Positions 19,317 through 28,834 are shown, counted from the stretch's first letter. The stretch is DNA of 64,000 nucleotides from Candidatus Binatia bacterium (GCA_963664015.2 CAXXLF010000001.1:866704-930703); one strand, 5' to 3'. A program made the numbers and translations. The notes: generated by a model not told the origin, from the letters alone.

Positions 19317-20183
19317 TCAACTGATTCCGTTCCTGAAATCGTTCGCCTTTTGAAACTCTTGTTCCAGGAGACTCCCTTTCCCGTTGCCAATCCATCCTCG
19401 AAGCCGCTCCAAACGCCTGATGTACTCTCCAAGGCCCTTGGAGATCGCCTGACGGTTAGCCAGACAGATATCACGCCAGAGTTCCGGCCGACTGGAAGCG
19501 ATTCGAGTGAAGTCCTTGAACCCGCCTGCGCAATAGCCTTTGAGTTCCAGGGAATCAACACGGGATTGCCCCAGGCTATTAACCAACGCGTAGGCTACTA
19601 CATGGGGAAGGTGACTCACTAGAGCCAGTACACGGTCGTGCACGTAGGGACTCATCATCTCCACATCGGCACCCAGTCGGCGCCAGAACTGGGCCAATTT
19701 CTTGAGCGATGCCTGATGGGTTTTCTGAGTCGGCGTCAGAATGCAGCGATGCCGCATGAACAGGTCGGGAACCGCTGCCTGAGCACCCCACTGCTCCCCA
19801 CCAGCAATAGGGTGTGCCCCTACAAAATGAACCTTGCTACGAACGAGAATCCGGTCGACCTGATGGACCATCTTCCCCTTGACGCTACCGACATCGGTAA
19901 TAAGGCACCCGGCCTTTAGCCTCGGGAGAAAAGCCTTGGTCAGAGAGGCGATAGCCTCCACCGGGGTGGCCAGGACCAACAAATCGACGCCTTCAGGAAC
20001 TCGACTTTGATCCATGAAATAGCTATCGACGATGGTCATTCTGCGTGCAGCGCGGAGGTTCTTTTCTCCACGACCGTAACCGACGATTTCATCGACCAGG
20101 CCCCGCTTCCGCGCCGCGAGGGCCATGGAGCCACCGATGAGTCCTACCCCTGCGATCACCATCTTACGAAACATAAATCCCAC
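19317..20183 (-). CDS. tyrA: Prephenate dehydrogenase
   Basis: Rossmann motif IAGVGLIGGSMA, and HPIAG...PRELWRDI-like C-terminal region (SRPELWRDICLANR). GTG start overlaps the DAHPS stop by 1 nt (TAGTG). Confidence 0.85.
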   Translation of the reverse strand: MGFMFRKMVIAGVGLIGGSMALAARKRGLVDEIVGYGRGEKNLRAARRMTIVDSYFMDQSRVPEGVDLLVLATPVEAIASLTKAFLPRLKAGCLITDVGSVKGKMVHQVDRILVRSKVHFVGAHPIAGGEQWGAQAAVPDLFMRHRCILTPTQKTHQASLKKLAQFWRRLGADVEMMSPYVHDRVLALVSHLPHVVAYALVNSLGQSRVDSLELKGYCAGGFKDFTRIASSRPELWRDICLANRQAISKGLGEYIRRLERLRGWIGNGKGSLLEQEFQKANDFRNGIS

Positions 20184-21199
20184 TAAATCTCCCTCCCCAA
20201 CACCTCAGCCAACTTCCTCAATTTAACCATTAGGGCCTCGAACTTTTCAGGCTTCAACGACTGATGGCCATCTCTCAAGGCCACCTCAGGATGAGGGTGA
20301 ACTTCGATCAAAAGCCCATCAGCTCCGGCGGCAATTCCCGCAAGGGCCATGGGTGCTACCAGGTCCCAGCGTCCGGTCCCATGGCTCGGGTCTACAAAAA
20401 CAGGCAGATGGGAAAGCTGCTTCAAGAAGGGAAGGGCACTCAGGTCCAGGGTATTTCTCGTCGCGGTTTCAAAAGTCCGAATCCCCCGTTCACAGAGAAT
20501 GATCTGGCGATTTCCCTCCGCCGCGATGTACTCTGCCGAGAGGAGAAGCTCCTCAACCGTGGCGCTCAGACCACGCTTGAGCAGCACTGGTTTATTGATC
20601 TTCCCCACCTCGGTCAAGAGCTTGAAGTTCTGCATATTTCTGGCACCGATTTGTTGAGGATATCCGCATACCGGCTAACCAAATCGATATTCCTCGGATC
20701 CAATACTTTCGTGATTATGGGCAACCCTGTGACATCGCGGGCCGAGACAAGATAACCCAGGCCCTCTTCAGCCAGGCCCTGAAAGCTGTAGGGTGAGGAT
20801 CTCGGCTTAAAGGCTCCTCCGCGAAGGAAGGTCGCCCCAGCCGCTTGTGTTGGGCATGCCGCCGCTAGCACCTGTTGACTCGACTCTACAGAGCACGGGC
20901 CGGCAATCACATGGAATTTTTTACCACCGATCCGATGACACGCAACTTCTATAACCGTATCCTCTTGTTGGAACTCTCGGCTAACCAGTTTATAGGGCTT
21001 CAGGATCGGTACCACCCGCTCGATACCTGGGGAAGGATTCCAAGGTTCGATCGGAGAGCTGACGCTCGTCGCCGATGGCTCCGATAATGGTCCTTTCTTT
21101 TCCAACGGACAAATGGGCGCGCAGACCGAGGGATTCGATCCTTTCCACCACATTTTGAATCTGTCCTTCGTTTAATCCCGGATTCAGAACAACGATCAT
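20183..21199 (-). pseudogene. aroF: 3-deoxy-7-phosphoheptulonate (DAHP) synthase, Thermotoga/KDO8PS-like class with N-terminal regulatory domain; split over three frames
   Basis: Three tracked ORFs concatenate to a complete DAHPS. Segment 1 (20990..21211): MIVVLNPG...ERTIIGAIGDE...LESFP. Segment 2 (20614..21153): GIERVVPILKPYKLVSREF...IAGPCSVES...LRGGAFKPRSSPYSFQGL...YADIL. Segment 3 (20183..20635): [13 protein letters not shown]...KPVLLKRG...[11 protein letters not shown]...VDPSHG...IEVHP. Frame changes lie near 21026..21033 and 20650..20658. Confidence 0.85.
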
Positions 21200-21212
21200 A
21201 GCCCTGCCCAAC

Positions 21213-22322
21213 CTACACTTTTGGTTTTACGAACAATTCTAGCTCATTGATAAGTTTAACATTCTCTTCCTTGGTACCTACAGTAACCCGAACCCACTCG
21301 GGCAAATCGTACCCAACCTGGGGTCGGATGATTACGCCCTTGCGCAGAAGATGCTCAAAGCACTTACTCCCATCGCCTACCCGGACCAGTATAAAGTTGG
21401 CGTGACTGGGGATCTGCTCCAATTCCAGCCGTTGAAACTCACCCTTCAGAAACTCCAAACCCTCCTGGTTGACGCTACGCGACCGCTCCACATGCTCGCT
21501 ATCACCCAGTGCGGCCAATGCGGCCCATTGGGCTGCAGCATTGACATTGAAGGGCTGGCGCACGCGCTGCATGAGATCCACCACCTCCTCGGGTCCCACT
21601 CCGTAGCCTATCCGGAGCCCGGCCAGGCCGTAAAGCTTGGAAAAGGTCCGCAGCGTGAGGATCGTCTTCCCCTGGCTATGGTACTGGAGCGAGTCCGGGT
21701 AGTCCGGATCTCGGACATATTCAAAATAGGCCTCATCCACCACGATAAGGATTTCTGGGCTCACATCCGCGAGGAACCTTTCCCATTCGGCCCTAGGGTA
21801 GACTGTTCCGGTTGGGTTGTTGGGGTTGGCCAAGAAGACAATGCGGCTCTTGGGGCCAATGGCCCGTCCTATGGCATCCAGATCATGCCCAAACTCTCTG
21901 GAGGGAACGGTATTGCAGAGCCCTCCCACAGACTGGACCACGAGACGGTAGATGAAAAAGGCGTAATGATCCATCACCGCCTCGTCCCCGACCTGCATGA
22001 AAGTGCGTACAGCCAGTTCAATTAGCTCATTGGAGCCATTTCCCAGTATCAGTTGGTTACGTGAAAACCCCAGGTTCTCGCCGAGGGCATGCTTCAAGTG
22101 GAAGCAATCCCCATCGGGGTAGAGATTTAACTGGTCCAATCTTTCTGCCAGCGCATGGACGGCCTTGGGCGATGGACCCAGCGGGTTCTCATTGGAAGCG
22201 AGTTTGATACAGTTCTGGATACCATACTCCCTTTCGACTTCCTCGATAGGTTTGCCGGGGTTGTACGGGATCAGGGAACGGATATATTCGGGGACTTTGT
22301 CGATGATATTCACAAGCCGCAA
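21213..22322 (-). CDS. hisC: Histidinol-phosphate/aromatic aminotransferase (class II PLP)
   Basis: KLASNENPLGPSP, NPNNPTG and TFSKLYGLAGLRIGY (PLP lysine motif). Confidence 0.85.
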   Translation of the reverse strand: MRLVNIIDKVPEYIRSLIPYNPGKPIEEVEREYGIQNCIKLASNENPLGPSPKAVHALAERLDQLNLYPDGDCFHLKHALGENLGFSRNQLILGNGSNELIELAVRTFMQVGDEAVMDHYAFFIYRLVVQSVGGLCNTVPSREFGHDLDAIGRAIGPKSRIVFLANPNNPTGTVYPRAEWERFLADVSPEILIVVDEAYFEYVRDPDYPDSLQYHSQGKTILTLRTFSKLYGLAGLRIGYGVGPEEVVDLMQRVRQPFNVNAAAQWAALAALGDSEHVERSRSVNQEGLEFLKGEFQRLELEQIPSHANFILVRVGDGSKCFEHLLRKGVIIRPQVGYDLPEWVRVTVGTKEENVKLINELELFVKPKV

Positions 22323-23398
22323 GGATAGGAGCCAAGGACCTTTTCAAAGATGCATTGCTTTTCCAGTTGCTTTAGCGCCTTCAGCACCTTCGGTTCCTCC
22401 CTATGTCCATTAAAATCTAGAAAAAAGAGATACTCCCAGGGTTTCAATTTAAGGGGACGAGATTCGATCTTCGTCAGGTTCACTTTGTTTTTGGAAAAGG
22501 GGTCGAGCATCCGGTGGAGTACCCCTACCTCGTCTTTAACCGAAAACACGATGGAGGTCTTATCCTCACCGGTGGGCGGAGCAACGTGATTGCCAATGAT
22601 GAAGAAGCGGGTAATATTGTTGGCCTGATCCTCGATATTGGCTTCAACCGTTCTCAGATCATAGATCTCCTTCGCCAAGCTACTCGCCACCGCCGCCAGG
22701 CTGGCATCCTGAGACGCCATCTGGGCCGCCTGAGCCGTGCTCGGTACCTCCTCGGCTGTAATTTTGGGAAAATGGCTGGTCAGCCAACCGCGGCACTGGG
22801 CAAGGGCCTGCGGATGAGACACAATGCGTTGAATCTGCTCCCCCTGACCGGATCGAGAAAGAAGGTTCTGATGGATCTCAAGAAAGATTTCCCCGCTAAT
22901 AGTTACATTGGATTCCACCAGCAAATCGAGAGTGTGCGCAATGACCCCTTCCGTTGAATTTTCAATTGGCACCACGCCGTAGTCGGTCCGTCCTTGGGCC
23001 ACTTCTTGAAAGACTTCGCTAATGCTAGAGACAGGGACAAATAGACTGGACAAACCAAAACGCTCATGGGCCGCCATCTGCGTAAAGGTCGCTTCCGGTC
23101 CCAGGTAGGCGACTCTGATGGGAGCCTCTAGGGAACGAGAAGCGGAAATAATTTCACGATAGATGGAACGAAGCGAGAGTTGGGACAGGGGGCCCGGGTT
23201 CAGGCTTTCAATTCTTTGTAGAATGGTCTTTTCGCGACTTGGAACATAGACTGCTTCATTTCGGAGAGTTTTTATCCGCCCGATTCCCTGTGCCAGGCGT
23301 GCTCGTTCATTGAGAAGCTCTATGATCTTTTCATCGGCTTGATCTATCTTTTTTCTGACCGCATCGACCGACGGAATTCGTCTCAAGGAAAACCTCAC
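22310..23398 (-). CDS. pheA: Bifunctional chorismate mutase/prephenate dehydratase (P-protein)
   Basis: N-terminal CM_2 helix (RKKIDQADEKIIELLNERARLA), PDT domain (VAYLGPEATFTQMAA...VPIENSTEG) and C-terminal ACT (NLTKIESRP, TRF motif NITRFFIIG). GTG start. Confidence 0.9.
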   Translation of the reverse strand: MRFSLRRIPSVDAVRKKIDQADEKIIELLNERARLAQGIGRIKTLRNEAVYVPSREKTILQRIESLNPGPLSQLSLRSIYREIISASRSLEAPIRVAYLGPEATFTQMAAHERFGLSSLFVPVSSISEVFQEVAQGRTDYGVVPIENSTEGVIAHTLDLLVESNVTISGEIFLEIHQNLLSRSGQGEQIQRIVSHPQALAQCRGWLTSHFPKITAEEVPSTAQAAQMASQDASLAAVASSLAKEIYDLRTVEANIEDQANNITRFFIIGNHVAPPTGEDKTSIVFSVKDEVGVLHRMLDPFSKNKVNLTKIESRPLKLKPWEYLFFLDFNGHREEPKVLKALKQLEKQCIFEKVLGSYPCGL

Positions 23399-23743
23399 AT
23401 AGGCGTACCCTCTTTACAGGAAGACACGCCGAATAACCTAACCTATCTTAATTCCTACGCAAATGCAAAGAGGGAAGACCTAACCTGAAGAAGAAAGAAA
23501 CTGCATCGCAAATTCCCTTTGATGCCGTAATTGATTCCAACTCCAGCGCGAGCAAGCTTCTAGAGGAATCCGAGGATGGCGATTGTGGCAGACTTAACTG
23601 TCACAACTAGGCTACCAAAATTGCTCCGAAAATTGCGCAGGGACCGTACTCGAGGGAGAGGGCCGTCAAGATGGCCATCTCTCCCCGGAGTTAAAGATGG
23701 GTCGGAACCACCATTAACAAGGGGTTCCAATGGGATCTACAAA

Positions 23744-24841
23744 CTAGGCGGGCGGAGCCGCGACGGGTGGGGCTTGAATCCGTGCAGGTTGCTCATTCGA
23801 AGTCGTTACACCGACTTCTTGCTGCGCCTCCTGGAGCGCTTTGATCCTGACGATCCTATCTACCGTAATGCTTTCGTCAATGTTTCCTTGGGCAATCTGT
23901 TCCCTGATAGACTGTTCCACCGCTTTCAGCGGCAAATCGCAGTCTGGCGGAATGCGAGTGTCGAAATTTTCGAACATAGCCTCAAATAATTTTCTATCGG
24001 CTTGAACGATTTGATCGAACCCGGCATCTTCAACGAATCGAATGATCTCCTCCTTGGTTCGCCTTTCCCTAAAGTGCCGATTGGCTCTGATCATGCCCTT
24101 GAGAAAGCCTTTGACAGTGTTGTGGTGATAATTGACCATTTGACCCGTTGCCACCATCACCCGATCCTGCCGGGGCAAATAGGCCTCTTGAATATTGACG
24201 AGAATGGGAAAACCTTCTGACTTGAGTCTCTCTACCTGCACATTGACGGCGAGCAAGCCTTGGGCCTCACCTCGGCGGAAGGCAGCCTCCATGCCGAGAA
24301 TGTCGTGCAGGTCCCCGTTGTAATAATCGATCTTAACGTCCACATTAGGCACCATACCGGCATCGCTAATGACCTGAGTCGATTGTACGGTCATCTCATC
24401 GCCGGGCGTAAATACATTGATCTTGCCTCCCTTTAGATCTCTAGGCGACTTCATACCCTTCTGCCCGAACAGGAAAAAGGCATGGGTCATTCGTCTTGGA
24501 CCGATAATAAAAATGTCACTTCCATTATTGATAGCCTTCAATACATAGGGGGGTCACAGGGTCCACCGCGAAGTCCGCCAGGCCCAGGTTTACCGCTTCA
24601 AGGCTCGCCCCTTCGCTTTCAAGGGTCACGAGTTCCACGTCTTCAAAGCCTTCATCTGCAAAAAAGCCCTTGGCAAGCGCGATGAGAGGGATAACGACAT
24701 GGTTCCATTCATCATGGTCCGAAGAGATACGGATCCGAGGATGGAGTGAGCTCCGACTGCGGCCGGAGTTACTCAGATTCCAATCCAGCCATGACTGTGG
24801 ATCTTTAAAAATGGAACATTGGATATGACTTCATTGCTCAT
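23744..24841 (-). pseudogene. NMT1/THI5-SsuA-like substrate-binding-fold protein, interrupted by two compensating frameshifts
   Basis: ATG 24841 has a strong AAGGGGGAG RBS (MSNEVISNVPF...). The conserved middle segment (RIRISSDHDEWNHVVIPLIALAKGFFADEGFEDVELVTLESEGASLEAVNLGLADFAVDPVTP) is in a different frame. The tracked 265-aa ORF (YVLKAINNGSDIFIIG...) returns to the ATG frame. The shifts coincide with an A5/T5 run (24807..24811) and a G6/C6 run (24548..24553). Confidence 0.6.
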
Positions 24842-24975
24842 AAAAACTCCCCCTTAAAGATAACTTGATATATAAATAATCAATAAATAAAACTTATCTA
24901 TATAAATTTTTCGCCAATTACCAAGCCATTTTTACTGTGGATGCGGTATTCAGCATGGGAACCCCGTGTTTTGAA

Positions 24976-25908
24976 TTAACTGTCGTGGGAGGTCGAGAGA
25001 AAATTCCTTACGGCCTCCGAAATCTCGTTTCTCTCTGTTTCTGGATGAAACCAACGAATCTCAGGGTCCGACCTGAACCAGGTCAGTTGGCGCTTGGCAA
25101 GACGTCGCGTATCGCGTTTCATGAGGGCAAGGGCCTCCTCCTGGCTCTTCTTTCCGCGTAAATAGAGACCCACATGGCGGTAGCCGAGGCTTTGCAGAGG
25201 TTTCAGGTCCAGGCTATAACCCCGTGCAGCCAGGGCCTTCACCTCTTCGACGAGCCCGATAGCCATCATTTCGTCACATCGCCGATCGATGAGAGCGTAA
25301 AGCTCTTTTCGATCCCGATTGAGACCTACTTTTAAACTCTCGAAGCCGCTCTCCTTAAATCCATGCTCTTCCTGCCATCGGCTCATACCCTTACCGGTTT
25401 GGGAAAAGACCTCCAAGGCACGGAATATCCTCTGGCGATCATTGGGATGGATGGAAGCGGCGGCATCGGGATCGACTTGCTTCAGACGCTCAAAGAGGTG
25501 GCTGAGACCCAGTTCCTCCTCAGCTTTGCCGAGGCTCTTTCGAAATTCATCGGCTCTGCCGGGACCGGAAAACAGGCCATGAAGTAACGCCTTGATGTAA
25601 AGGCCGGTACCACCACAGACAATGACTTTCTTTCCCCGCGATCGAACATCGCCCTCGGCCTCCAGTGCCGATGCTCGAAACATCGCGACGTTGAATTCTT
25701 CGTCCAGGTCGACCAGATCGATTAGATGATGGCGTATCTTTTGCTTCGATTCGGCTCCCGGTTTTCCCGTCCCAATGTCCAAGCCACGGTATACCTGCTG
25801 GGAGTCAGCACTCAGGATCTCCCCGTCGACGCGTAACGCAACCTCTTCAGCAACCTGGCTCTTCCCCACCCCGGTGGGTCCCAAAATAACAATCAAGGGA
25901 CGCTCCAT
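24976..25908 (-). CDS. miaA: tRNA dimethylallyltransferase
   Basis: MERPLIVILGPTGVGKS P-loop, SADSQQVYRGLDIGTGKP, and the HHLID motif region. GTG 25926 is an alternative start. Confidence 0.9.
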   Translation of the reverse strand: MERPLIVILGPTGVGKSQVAEEVALRVDGEILSADSQQVYRGLDIGTGKPGAESKQKIRHHLIDLVDLDEEFNVAMFRASALEAEGDVRSRGKKVIVCGGTGLYIKALLHGLFSGPGRADEFRKSLGKAEEELGLSHLFERLKQVDPDAAASIHPNDRQRIFRALEVFSQTGKGMSRWQEEHGFKESGFESLKVGLNRDRKELYALIDRRCDEMMAIGLVEEVKALAARGYSLDLKPLQSLGYRHVGLYLRGKKSQEEALALMKRDTRRLAKRQLTWFRSDPEIRWFHPETERNEISEAVRNFLSTSHDS

Positions 25909-26052
25909 GACAACTTGCCCGCTCACCCCCCGACTAAGGCCTCGCCCTCTTCCACGTCTGGATGACTGACAGGAATGCCCGGGATAAGATCATTAGTGTT
26001 GGAACGGTGTGCAGTTCGTTACAGATGCAAGAGATAGGGTACCCCTCGCTCC

Positions 26053-27786
26053 TCATATTTTCTTGAACATTTTTTCCAGCTCAGGCTGGGAGAATTCGAC
26101 AAATACGGGGCGACCATGGGGACACTGGGTGGCAAAATCGACCCCATCGAGCTCACCCAAGAGCGCATAAATCTCATCTCGTGTAAGCCGCCGATTGGCA
26201 CGGATGACATTATGGCAGGCGATGGTCATTAATCGCTCCTTTAATTCGTGGCTGATCTCGGCAGATTTCCCGACTTCAGCCAGCTCCGCAACCATTCGAC
26301 GCAGGACCTGACTCCAGTCACCGGCAGGGAACAGAGCCGGAACGGCCTTGATCGCGAAGGTGTTGCGCCCGAACGCTTCTACGGCGAAACCAACTTGATT
26401 CATAGCCCCTAACCATTGTTCCAAAAGGACGGACTCGGATACCGGGAACTCCAGGACCTGGGGAATCAGTAGTTCCTGGCACTCGACCTTGCCCTGTTCG
26501 ATCTGCAAACGCATCTTTTCAAAGGCCACACGTTCATGGGCCGCATGCTGATCGATCAATGCCATCCCCTCGTTGGATTGGCACACGATGTAACAGCCAA
26601 GGATCTGACCAAGAACATCCAGGGACGAGAAAAACCCCCGCCTCGTCCAATCTTCATGAGCCGGCGGCGCCTCAACCGAGTCCGCCTTGAACAGGGACAG
26701 ATTATTGGCCGCCAGGGGGCTCGAATAGATGAAAGGTCTCTCACGCACACCGGAAAACGGCTGACCGACACTCGGTCCGGTCTTTATCCCGGGCCTCTTG
26801 GCTTCTCTTTTAAGCCCGTTACAAACCGCCGCGACGACCGCCTCGTGCACCTCCCCCTGGCGCCTGAAGCGAACCTCTACCTTCGCCGGGTGTACATTGA
26901 CATCCACATCGCTGAAGGGGACGTCCAAAAAAAGCACGACCGCAGGATAACGTCCTTTCATCAACAGCGTTTCATAGCCCTGAAGAACGGCGTGGGTTAA
27001 AATCCGATCCCGAACGTAGCGCCGGTTAACAAAGCTCATGAGGTAACGGGAATTGGGAAAAGAACTCGGTGCCGCACTCAAATACCCGGAAATCCCGATC
27101 TTCCCATCCTTCCAGGAGAAAGGTATCATCCCCCGCCCTATATCCGGCCCAAGGACTTGCTCCAAACGGTCTTGAAAACCCGGGGTTACAACGTAGTCAG
27201 AGAGCGTCCTTCCCCCATGGAAAAGCCGGAGATGGACCTTCTCGTGGGCTAACGCCATACGGTTGATGACGTCACTGATATGACTGAGCTCCGTCCCCGG
27301 GGATTTGAGAAACTTGCGTCGGGCCGGAATTTTGATAAAGAGATCCCGTACCTCTACGGTTGTCCCCACCGGACACCCAACCCTTGAAGGCTCCTCTCTC
27401 TTGCCTCCGTCCACCAACAGGCGGGATCCCATCTCCTCCTTCCGAGTTCGGGAGATAATCTCCATGCGAGACACGGACCCGATACTGGGAAGCGCCTCGC
27501 CCCGAAATCCCAGTGTCGAAATATTAAAGAGATCCTCGTCGTTTTTCAGTTTGCTGGTTGCATGGCTCTTAACCGCCATGGGCATATCTTCGAACGGAAT
27601 CCCCTCGCCGTCGTCGGACACACGGATGAGTGAGGCCCCACTCGCCTCCACCCAGACGGATACCTCTTTGGCATCAGCATCAAGGGAGTTTTCCACCAAC
27701 TCTTTAACCACCGAAGCGGGCCGCTCCACCACCTCGCCAGCTGCAATGCGACTAATCAGGCCATTGGGTAAAAGGACAATGCTCAT
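26053..27786 (-). CDS. mutL: DNA mismatch repair protein MutL
   Basis: GHKL ATPase N-terminus IAAGEVVERPASVVKELVENSLDA...DDGEGI, FRGEALPSI, and the C-terminal dimerisation/endonuclease region with DQHAAHERV and CPHGRP motifs. Confidence 0.93.
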   Translation of the reverse strand: MSIVLLPNGLISRIAAGEVVERPASVVKELVENSLDADAKEVSVWVEASGASLIRVSDDGEGIPFEDMPMAVKSHATSKLKNDEDLFNISTLGFRGEALPSIGSVSRMEIISRTRKEEMGSRLLVDGGKREEPSRVGCPVGTTVEVRDLFIKIPARRKFLKSPGTELSHISDVINRMALAHEKVHLRLFHGGRTLSDYVVTPGFQDRLEQVLGPDIGRGMIPFSWKDGKIGISGYLSAAPSSFPNSRYLMSFVNRRYVRDRILTHAVLQGYETLLMKGRYPAVVLFLDVPFSDVDVNVHPAKVEVRFRRQGEVHEAVVAAVCNGLKREAKRPGIKTGPSVGQPFSGVRERPFIYSSPLAANNLSLFKADSVEAPPAHEDWTRRGFFSSLDVLGQILGCYIVCQSNEGMALIDQHAAHERVAFEKMRLQIEQGKVECQELLIPQVLEFPVSESVLLEQWLGAMNQVGFAVEAFGRNTFAIKAVPALFPAGDWSQVLRRMVAELAEVGKSAEISHELKERLMTIACHNVIRANRRLTRDEIYALLGELDGVDFATQCPHGRPVFVEFSQPELEKMFKKI

Positions 27787-28006
27787 GATGGGCTCCTTTG
27801 ACCCTCCCCATCCAGCTGGGCCAAAGATTGGAGATAATCTCGAAAGTTCATTGGATTATCGCAAAGCATATCCCTGGGTGCCTATCAGGTCAAGAATAGC
27901 CCGGTATCCAAAAAGGTTCGGAATCAAGAGCCCGGCCGATTGGCCCATAAGAGTTGACGACGTTTCATTTTAAAAGTAAAAGGATAATTATCGCTAGGAG
28001 TACTCC

Positions 28007-28804
28007 ATGATGAAAAGGCTTTTAATCGAAACCCTTTTGCTCACTGGTCTCATTGGGGCCACTTGCTACAACGCAGCCGCGGTGGAACCCGAATCTGTAG
28101 AAGTGAAGGTTAAGAGGATTCTTCTTGATCCTTCGAGTAAGACCCCTGTCGTGTTGCTCGAGAGTCTCAAAAAACACAGATTCCTCCCAATTTGGATAGG
28201 TAAACCGGAGGCCACATCCATCGCCTTAGAGTTAGAGCACGTGGACGTCCCACGGCCCAACACCCACGATCTGATCCGGAATATCGTGGAAGGTCTTGGC
28301 GCCCAGTTGCATCGGATCACCATTACCGACCTCAGAAACAATACCTATTTTGCTACCGTCACACTGGTTCTGGAAGGTCATGAATTCCAAATTGATTCCC
28401 GTCCCAGCGATGCCATCGCGGTCGCCCTGCGCATGGGCGCACCCATATACGCCTCGCCTGGGGTCCTGGACAAAGCGGGTCGGCTACCAAGCGCCTTGAC
28501 GTCGGCTGACGGCGTACGGAAAATTTGGGGATTTGACATTCAGGATTTGACGGAAGAACTGGCCTCCTTTTTTGACCTCAAGGTGGAGGGAGGAGTTCTG
28601 GTAGCCCATGTGGAGCGCGATGGGACCGCTTCCAAAGCGGGTTTTCAGCGAGGCGACGTGATCACGAAAATAAACGGGGAAAAATGTCAGAATGTACGGG
28701 ATCTGGAGTCAATCATCGAGAAGACAAAGAAACCGATAAAATTAAATATGGTGATCAGGCGGAAGGGCAAGCCAGCAACTGTGGTCTTGCGCCTTCCATC
28801 CTAA
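28007..28804 (+). CDS. Secreted bifunctional-nuclease-fold (BFN/DUF151) protein fused to a C-terminal PDZ domain
   Basis: Predicted signal peptide MMKRLLIETLLLTGLIGATCYNAAA. BFN-like core PVVLLES...FLPIWIGKPEATSIALEL...RPNTHDLI...RPSDAIAVALRMGAPIY. PDZ region GVLVAHVERDGTASKAGFQRGDVITKINGEK. Confidence 0.7.
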   Translation: MMKRLLIETLLLTGLIGATCYNAAAVEPESVEVKVKRILLDPSSKTPVVLLESLKKHRFLPIWIGKPEATSIALELEHVDVPRPNTHDLIRNIVEGLGAQLHRITITDLRNNTYFATVTLVLEGHEFQIDSRPSDAIAVALRMGAPIYASPGVLDKAGRLPSALTSADGVRKIWGFDIQDLTEELASFFDLKVEGGVLVAHVERDGTASKAGFQRGDVITKINGEKCQNVRDLESIIEKTKKPIKLNMVIRRKGKPATVVLRLPS

Positions 28805-28834
28805 TTACTTTACTGCGTTCGACGAGCCGTTGTT

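Noticed and set aside
23470-23500. Possible pheA leader peptide (ATG CAG TTT CTT TCT TCT TCA GGT TAG) for attenuation.
   Set aside because: It has only one Phe codon in 8, no RBS, and no obvious alternative terminator/antiterminator followed by a U-tract.
23603-23674. 23-codon hydrophobic minus-strand ORF (MAILTALSLEYGPCAIFGAILVA) in the pheA upstream region.
   Set aside because: The GGGGAG element is only 2 nt from the ATG, too close for a functional SD. The ORF coincides with the stem of a hairpin. There is nothing to support translation.
20183-24841. Programmed ribosomal frameshifting as the explanation for the split DAHPS and NMT1-like genes.
   Set aside because: I saw no slippery heptamer plus downstream structure at the shift sites. 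Each gene needs two opposite shifts. Three of the five indel sites (those in the NMT1-like and VOC genes) are simple homopolymer runs. Indel error or mutation is more parsimonious, though read-level data are needed.
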